From positions 690,001 through 722,000 of the forward strand of contig NC_009954.1 in assembly GCF_000018305.1 (NCBI RefSeq): 32,000 nucleotides of DNA. Direction: 5' to 3'. A model generated the notes under the pieces. It did not search any database and was not told the origin of the DNA. It saw only the letters and a list, made by a program, of their open reading frames with translations. A program made the position numbers and the translations under genes. How positions within the stretch are numbered: position 1 is the stretch's first letter; every line of letters starts with the position of its first letter. This stretch comes from Caldivirga maquilingensis IC-167 (GTDB taxonomy: Archaea; Thermoproteota; Thermoprotei; Thermoproteales; Thermocladiaceae). Positions 27,243-32,000 of the stretch are shown here, piece after piece.

Positions 27243-28232
27243 ATGGTTCTCAAGGTAGGTGTACTTGGTTCCGGCTTTGCAGCCAGGGAGCTTCACTTAC
27301 CTGTCCTAAGTAAAATTAGTAATGTTGAGTTATCAGCCATATTCGGGATACCCTACGAGGATGCACTTCTACTGGCTAAGAGGTTTAATATACCTAAGGC
27401 AACAGATGACTGGAGGAGTGTTATTAATGATCCAAGCATAGACATTGTAATCATAGCCACACCAACATACACACATAAAGCCATTGCTGAGGAGGCTATT
27501 AAGGCTGGTAAAGATATAATGCTTGAGAAGCCCATAGCCCTAACAGTTAAGGATGGGGAGGATTTGGTTAAGGCCTATGAGGCAGGGGGCGTTAAGTTAA
27601 TGATAGCTCACTGCCTAAGATTCTGGCCTGAATACGTTAAGGCTAGGGAATTAATAATGACTGGTAGGATTGGTGAACCCAGGGTTATTAGAGCCTATAG
27701 GCTTAGTTCTCATCCAGGTCGTTGGTTCAGGTTCCAGGAATTAAGTGGTGGTGTTGCAGTGGATATGAGTATACATGATTTAGATTACTTAAGATGGACC
27801 TTCGGCAGCGTTAAGAGGGTTTACGCAATAGGGGGCTTATACTCCAGTGAATCAGTCACTTCAATTGACCACTTCATGGCCACATTGGAGTTTGATAATG
27901 GAGCTGTGGCCTATGTTGAGGGTTCCTGGGCAATGCCTAGGAATTACCCATTCACAACGTACTTCGAGGTATCCGGTACTAATGGCTTATTAACTATTGA
28001 TAATCAGTCCACGGCAACCATTGAGGCTTACATCGATAACTCATACTATAGGTACAGTCCAATGATGAAGGATGCCTACTACCTGGAGTGGATTGCCTTC
28101 CTAAACTGGGTTAATAAGGGTGTTAAACCACCCATTGAGCCTAATGAGGCCGTTGAGGCACTTAGGCTTTCCTTATCAATTAATAAGAGCATCATGGAGG
28201 GTAGGGTGGTTAACCCAAGTGAGGTGAAGTGA
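27243..28232 (+). CDS. Gfo/Idh/MocA family oxidoreductase
   Basis: VGVLGSGFAA Rossmann loop and the MLEKPIAL EKP motif; 329 aa. Confidence 0.85.
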   Translation: MVLKVGVLGSGFAARELHLPVLSKISNVELSAIFGIPYEDALLLAKRFNIPKATDDWRSVINDPSIDIVIIATPTYTHKAIAEEAIKAGKDIMLEKPIALTVKDGEDLVKAYEAGGVKLMIAHCLRFWPEYVKARELIMTGRIGEPRVIRAYRLSSHPGRWFRFQELSGGVAVDMSIHDLDYLRWTFGSVKRVYAIGGLYSSESVTSIDHFMATLEFDNGAVAYVEGSWAMPRNYPFTTYFEVSGTNGLLTIDNQSTATIEAYIDNSYYRYSPMMKDAYYLEWIAFLNWVNKGVKPPIEPNEAVEALRLSLSINKSIMEGRVVNPSEVK

Positions 28233-29239
28233 CCATGGTGCTTCGCTTCGCAGTAATCTCATACGCACACATGCATGCCTGGAGCTACACTAGGGCAATT
28301 AAGGAACTTGAGGCTGAGGGTAAGGCAAGCCTAGTGGCTGTCTTCGATAATAATGCGGATAGGTTAAGGAGGGTTCAGGAGGCTTTCAGACCCAAGGCAG
28401 TCTACAGTGACTTCGATAAATTACTGGCTGAGGGCGGCTTTGATGCAGCCGTGGTGGCTTCAGAGAATGCTAGGCACATAACCTACGCACTACCCCTCAT
28501 TAAGGCGGGGGTACACGTTATTGTTGAGAAACCCATAACAACACTAGTAAGCGACGCGGTAACCATGGTTAATGAGGCTGATAGGCGTGGCGTTAAGCTT
28601 CAGGTAGCCTTCGTAATGAGGTACCATGATGCAGTGGTTGAGGCTAAGAATAGGGTTAGTGGACTTGGGGGAATTAAGTCAATAACAGCGACTAACCACG
28701 GTACATGCCCCTTCGACTGGTTCGTTGACCCCGAGTTAGCTGGTGGTGGGGCAATGATGGATCACATTGTTCACGTAGCTGACTTAATAAGGTGGTTCAC
28801 AGGTAAGGAGTTTGAGGAGGTTTCAGCATTCGTGGGCAGGAACATTAGGCCTCAACTTAAGGTTGAGGACAACGCCCTAATACTGGCTAAGTTAAGTGAT
28901 GGTACACCAGTATCCATTGACTCAAGTTGGTCCAGGCATGATACGTGGCCAATATGGGGTGACGTCTACATGAGGATTCTAACTGATCACGGTGTGTTAA
29001 CGATTAATGCCTTCAATCAGAACATATCCTTGGCAGATGACAAGGGCTTCCACTGGGTGTCTTTCGGTCCAGATGCAGACAGGAACATGATTGAGGACTT
29101 CATTAGGGTTATTGAGAATAATCAAACACCTAGGGCTAGTGGGCTTGATGGCTTAAGGGCCCTTGAGGTGGTTGCGGCGGCATATAAGTCATGGAGGGAA
29201 GGTAGGCCAGTTAAGATTAGTGAAGTGAGGGTTCAGTGA
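28229..29239 (+). CDS. Gfo/Idh/MocA family oxidoreductase, variant N-terminal loop (ISYAHMHAWSY)
   Basis: VIVEKPITT EKP motif and a family-typical C-terminal domain. The GxGxxG loop is replaced by SYAHMHA. The start is GTG 28229 (overlapping the upstream stop) or ATG 28235. Confidence 0.8.
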   Translation: MTMVLRFAVISYAHMHAWSYTRAIKELEAEGKASLVAVFDNNADRLRRVQEAFRPKAVYSDFDKLLAEGGFDAAVVASENARHITYALPLIKAGVHVIVEKPITTLVSDAVTMVNEADRRGVKLQVAFVMRYHDAVVEAKNRVSGLGGIKSITATNHGTCPFDWFVDPELAGGGAMMDHIVHVADLIRWFTGKEFEEVSAFVGRNIRPQLKVEDNALILAKLSDGTPVSIDSSWSRHDTWPIWGDVYMRILTDHGVLTINAFNQNISLADDKGFHWVSFGPDADRNMIEDFIRVIENNQTPRASGLDGLRALEVVAAAYKSWREGRPVKISEVRVQ

Positions 29240-29283
29240 CTTAAGCTTGAAGGCACTCGAGTTTGTATGCATCTAAGGAAAAG

Positions 29284-29293
29284 CATATAAAGG
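29284..29293 (+). promoter_or_regulatory. TATA box CATATAAAGG for the permease operon
   Basis: Centred ~25 nt upstream of ATG 29313. Confidence 0.45.
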
Positions 29294-29312
29294 TTCTATA
29301 AGTTAATTACAT

Positions 29313-30335
29313 ATGAGGGTTAATTGGTTAATTAGAAGGATTGGATTAGCAGTGACTACTTGGTTTGTTGCATTATTCATAAGTTACGTGCTTTTCGAAT
29401 ACGCTCCAGTTAACCCAATTAACTACATACTATCTCAATTAGGCATGCTTGGCGGTGGTAGTAGTGGTGTAGGTGGTACTGGGCCTGCATTAATGAGTAG
29501 GGAAAATTACGAGTATATAGTTCAATGGGCCTCAGCGTTCATGATCCACGGTAACCCAATCCTAGGTTTCACCAAATACATGGTGAATACGTTCAAGGGT
29601 GACTGGGGTTGGTCAGTGGTATACGGCTTGCCTGTATTAACGTTAATAGCCAGGTATCTTCCTTGGACTTTGTTTATTGTTGTTTCTGCTAATTTGATTT
29701 CCTTTTTTGTGGGTATTTATCTTGGTCAGTATATGGCTTATCATAGGGGTAGTGTTGGTGATCAGGCTGTTACCCAGTTCATAACGGTGAAGAGATCAAT
29801 ACCAGTATACATTTATGCTGCATTACTAGTCTACTTCCTGGGCTTCGAGTACCATATTTTCCCAACCCATGGAGCCTACTCCGGTACCCCAGGCTTCAAC
29901 CTGCGCTTCATAGTTAGTGTTCTTTATTATGCTGCTTTGCCTATATTCACCCTAGCCTTCTCATCCTTTGGTCATTGGGCTTTAAGCATGAGGGGTAATA
30001 TTATTTCAGTGCTCGGTGAGGATTACGTAAACTACGCAGAGGCAAGGGGACTACCAAGCAACTGGATACAGAGAAGATACGTTGGAAGAAACGCACTACT
30101 ACCACTATACACAGGAATAATAATAGCACTAGGAACATCATTCGGAGGAGCAGTATTCGTTGAGTCTGTTTTCTCATACCCAGGTGTTGGTGCATTATTC
30201 TCATCATCACTCAGTAATGGTGACTGGGCCCTTGGAATGGGTATTCTACTTATACTAATATTAGCTGTGATATTAGGTATGGTTATTGCTGACTTAACGT
30301 ACTCACTAATAGACCCAAGGGTGAGGCAAGGATGA
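29313..30335 (+). CDS. ABC transporter permease (DppB/OppB-like)
   Basis: 340 aa polytopic protein with an EAA-type loop, YAEARGLPSNWIQRRYVGRNALLP. Confidence 0.88.
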   Translation: MRVNWLIRRIGLAVTTWFVALFISYVLFEYAPVNPINYILSQLGMLGGGSSGVGGTGPALMSRENYEYIVQWASAFMIHGNPILGFTKYMVNTFKGDWGWSVVYGLPVLTLIARYLPWTLFIVVSANLISFFVGIYLGQYMAYHRGSVGDQAVTQFITVKRSIPVYIYAALLVYFLGFEYHIFPTHGAYSGTPGFNLRFIVSVLYYAALPIFTLAFSSFGHWALSMRGNIISVLGEDYVNYAEARGLPSNWIQRRYVGRNALLPLYTGIIIALGTSFGGAVFVESVFSYPGVGALFSSSLSNGDWALGMGILLILILAVILGMVIADLTYSLIDPRVRQG

Positions 30336-31228
30336 TGGAAGCTAGTTACAGTAGGGTTGAGGGGGTCATTAAGAGTATTTACAATATTTTGAGGCTCATT
30401 TGGGTTAATAAGTCAGCTAGGTTCGGTTTACTTACGCTCACGTTCTATATACTAATGGCTATAATTGGTCCATTAATATTACCCTATAAGCCTATAATAG
30501 CTAGTTCAACCAATGTTTTCCAGCCACCTAGGCTTTGGCCACCCATATACTGGTTCGGTACAGATAATGTTGGTGTACCCCTCCTGGTGGATATTGTTAA
30601 TGGAGCACCCTTCGTCCTTGAAGTTAGCTTATTCACTGCCCTCTACACTACCGTAATAGGCCTATTGGTTGGTATTGTAGCTGGGTTTAAGGGAGGTTAC
30701 GTGGATGCTGCCTTATCCTTTGTTAGTCAAGTACTCATGACTATTCCTAGTCTACTCTTAGTCATGATAATGGCAACAATGATACACACTAATAACCCGC
30801 TCATACTATCTGGGGTATTGAGTATAACAGGTTGGACTGGCTTAGCTCTCGCGGTTAGGTCACAGATACTTTCAATGAGGGAATTACCTTACATTGAGGT
30901 TTCAAGGGTATTAGGACTATCTAGTGGATACATACTGTTTAGGGAAATAACACCAAAAATAATGCCATATGTTTGGATAAACTTCATACTAAATATGGAG
31001 GGAGCAGTGTATGCCTCAGTTGGCTTATACTTTCTAGGCCTATTACCATTCCAAAACTACAACTGGGGTGCATTAATAAGCCAGGCATTAGCCTATGGGG
31101 CGTATTATGGTGGAAGAGCATTACCAATATTAATAGTGCCCGTGGTCTTTGTGACACTATACATGGTGGCACTCATAGAGTTGGCTTATGGGATAGATGA
31201 GATAATAAACCCAAGGTTAAGGAGATGA
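30332..31228 (+). CDS. ABC transporter permease (DppC/OppC-like)
   Basis: 298 aa polytopic protein. N-terminal anchor followed by GTDNVG, and an EAA-type loop YIEVSRVLGLSSGYILFREITPKIMP. It overlaps the upstream permease by 4 nt. Confidence 0.88.
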   Translation: MMEASYSRVEGVIKSIYNILRLIWVNKSARFGLLTLTFYILMAIIGPLILPYKPIIASSTNVFQPPRLWPPIYWFGTDNVGVPLLVDIVNGAPFVLEVSLFTALYTTVIGLLVGIVAGFKGGYVDAALSFVSQVLMTIPSLLLVMIMATMIHTNNPLILSGVLSITGWTGLALAVRSQILSMRELPYIEVSRVLGLSSGYILFREITPKIMPYVWINFILNMEGAVYASVGLYFLGLLPFQNYNWGALISQALAYGAYYGGRALPILIVPVVFVTLYMVALIELAYGIDEIINPRLRR

Positions 31229-31256
31229 ATTATATATTATAATTATTAATATTTAT

Positions 31257-31268
31257 GTTAACGTTAAT
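31257..31268. promoter_or_regulatory. GTTAACGTTAAT palindromic element upstream of the solute-binding protein gene
   Basis: Identical 12-mer to 9571-9582, centred ~25 nt upstream of the TATA box at 31284-31292. Confidence 0.25.
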
Positions 31269-31283
31269 CAATTTAGAGTAAAG

Positions 31284-31292
31284 CTTATAAAG
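31284..31292 (+). promoter_or_regulatory. TATA box CTTATAAAG
   Basis: Centred ~26 nt upstream of ATG 31314. Confidence 0.45.
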
Positions 31293-31313
31293 TAGTATAC
31301 TATTTGGTAATAC

Positions 31314-32000
31314 ATGGCTATAAAATACACCTGGTTCAAGTGGATCCTAGTAGTCGCTACAGTTCTAGTAGTGAGTTTAGTGGTGGGTCAGGTTAATTTT
31401 GGGCGTACCGCAGTAAACCCAATACTTAATGCCCAACAGTATAATATTACACCCTACAATACAATATATGTATTCACCATAAGTAGCCCACCCTTAACCA
31501 GTATGTCGCTTTATAACCCGAACATATTCCATGGTGGTATTGCATGGTATGGTGTTGTTCAATCACATGTAGCGGCGATAAATTACACCACTGGTGAAGA
31601 GATTCCAATACTGGCTAAGAACTGGACCCTTCAAGTGCTTCCAAATGGTACACTGGCTATTTACGTAACCTTAAGGCAAAGTGGGATGAGTAATGGGCAA
31701 CCAGTCACGTGTTGGGATCTATTGGCTAATAATATTGCTAATGGTTTAATACACAACATGTGGGGTAACGTCAGCATTGTGAATAACTACACATGCATAT
31801 TCAAGATGCCTCAAGGCTACTATGCACCACCCACTAGCCCAGCTGCTGAGGCTTATGACGTATTCTGGGCGCTTAACTGGGGTGGGGTGGCATTGGTCTG
31901 GACATTTAATGCATGGTACCCATTAATGGAGGCAACATTGGCTAACTATAGTTGGCTCTGGCTCTTCAACTTTGGTAACGCCACCCAGCAGGCTCAGGCT
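31314..32000 (+). CDS. ABC transporter solute-binding protein, family 5-like; 3' end beyond the right window edge
   Basis: Absent from the ORF track because it has no in-window stop. Hand translation from ATG 31314 stays open for 229 codons: MAIKYTWFKWILVVATVLVVSLVVGQVNF...ILAKNWTLQVLPNGT...VNNYTCIF... It has an N-terminal anchor and N-x-S/T sequons, and is paralogous to the ORF ending at 2353. Confidence 0.7.
   Translation, partial: MAIKYTWFKWILVVATVLVVSLVVGQVNFGRTAVNPILNAQQYNITPYNTIYVFTISSPPLTSMSLYNPNIFHGGIAWYGVVQSHVAAINYTTGEEIPILAKNWTLQVLPNGTLAIYVTLRQSGMSNGQPVTCWDLLANNIANGLIHNMWGNVSIVNNYTCIFKMPQGYYAPPTSPAAEAYDVFWALNWGGVALVWTFNAWYPLMEATLANYSWLWLFNFGNATQQAQA

Noticed and set aside
27353-27535. 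60-aa minus-strand ORF
   Set aside because: It is antisense to the Gfo/Idh/MocA gene.
30001-31200. ORFs 30001..30210(-), 30973..31200(+), 30984..31172(-)
   Set aside because: They are nested in the permease genes. The first is a by-product of the A-ending codon block (no stop codons arise in antisense), not independent evidence for a gene.
1-32000. Search for CRISPR arrays, IS or transposase genes, integrases, toxin-antitoxin pairs or defence islands
   Set aside because: I saw no regularly spaced direct repeats, no terminal inverted repeats flanking an ORF, and no ORF with recognisable transposase, integrase, nuclease or defence signatures. The window is essentially housekeeping.

Overview
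Gene-dense chromosomal segment that reads as a hyperthermophilic crenarchaeon. Supporting this: eL13 and PDCD5-like genes, split PurS/PurQ/PurL, and A/T-rich TATA boxes about 25-30 nt upstream of many start codons, implying leaderless mRNAs. A Thermoproteales-like origin is only an inference from composition. The core is a ~12 kb de novo purine biosynthesis supercluster at 5752-17753: purT-purQ-purS, purD, purC, purM-purF'-purF-purL, purE-purK. Around it lie hisS, a Trbp111/CsaA-like tRNA-binding protein, tRNA-Trp(CCA), two MFS transporters plus one decayed MFS remnant, Amt, aroD, a 2-hydroxyacid dehydrogenase, and ribosomal proteins uL11 and eL13. There is also a sugar/oligopeptide-type ABC transporter set: two permeases, three Gfo/Idh/MocA oxidoreductases, and two family-5 solute-binding proteins cut by the window edges and therefore absent from the supplied ORF track. 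I see no CRISPR, transposase, integrase, toxin-antitoxin or recognisable defence module, and no convincing novel multi-gene system; this is mostly housekeeping DNA. Most worth a second look: (1) a translationally coupled PurF paralogue that lacks the Cys1 glutaminase nucleophile but keeps the PRTase motif and all four Fe-S cysteines; (2) block-wise switching of synonymous codon choice inside one ABC permease gene, suggesting a recombination mosaic; (3) a truncated, frameshifted MFS remnant abutting tRNA-Trp, next to a sugar-porter gene with atypical codon usage; (4) a uL11 homologue with a divergent Pro/Gly loop, not followed by rpl1/rpl10/rpl12; (5) a few perfect palindromes in promoter or terminator positions.
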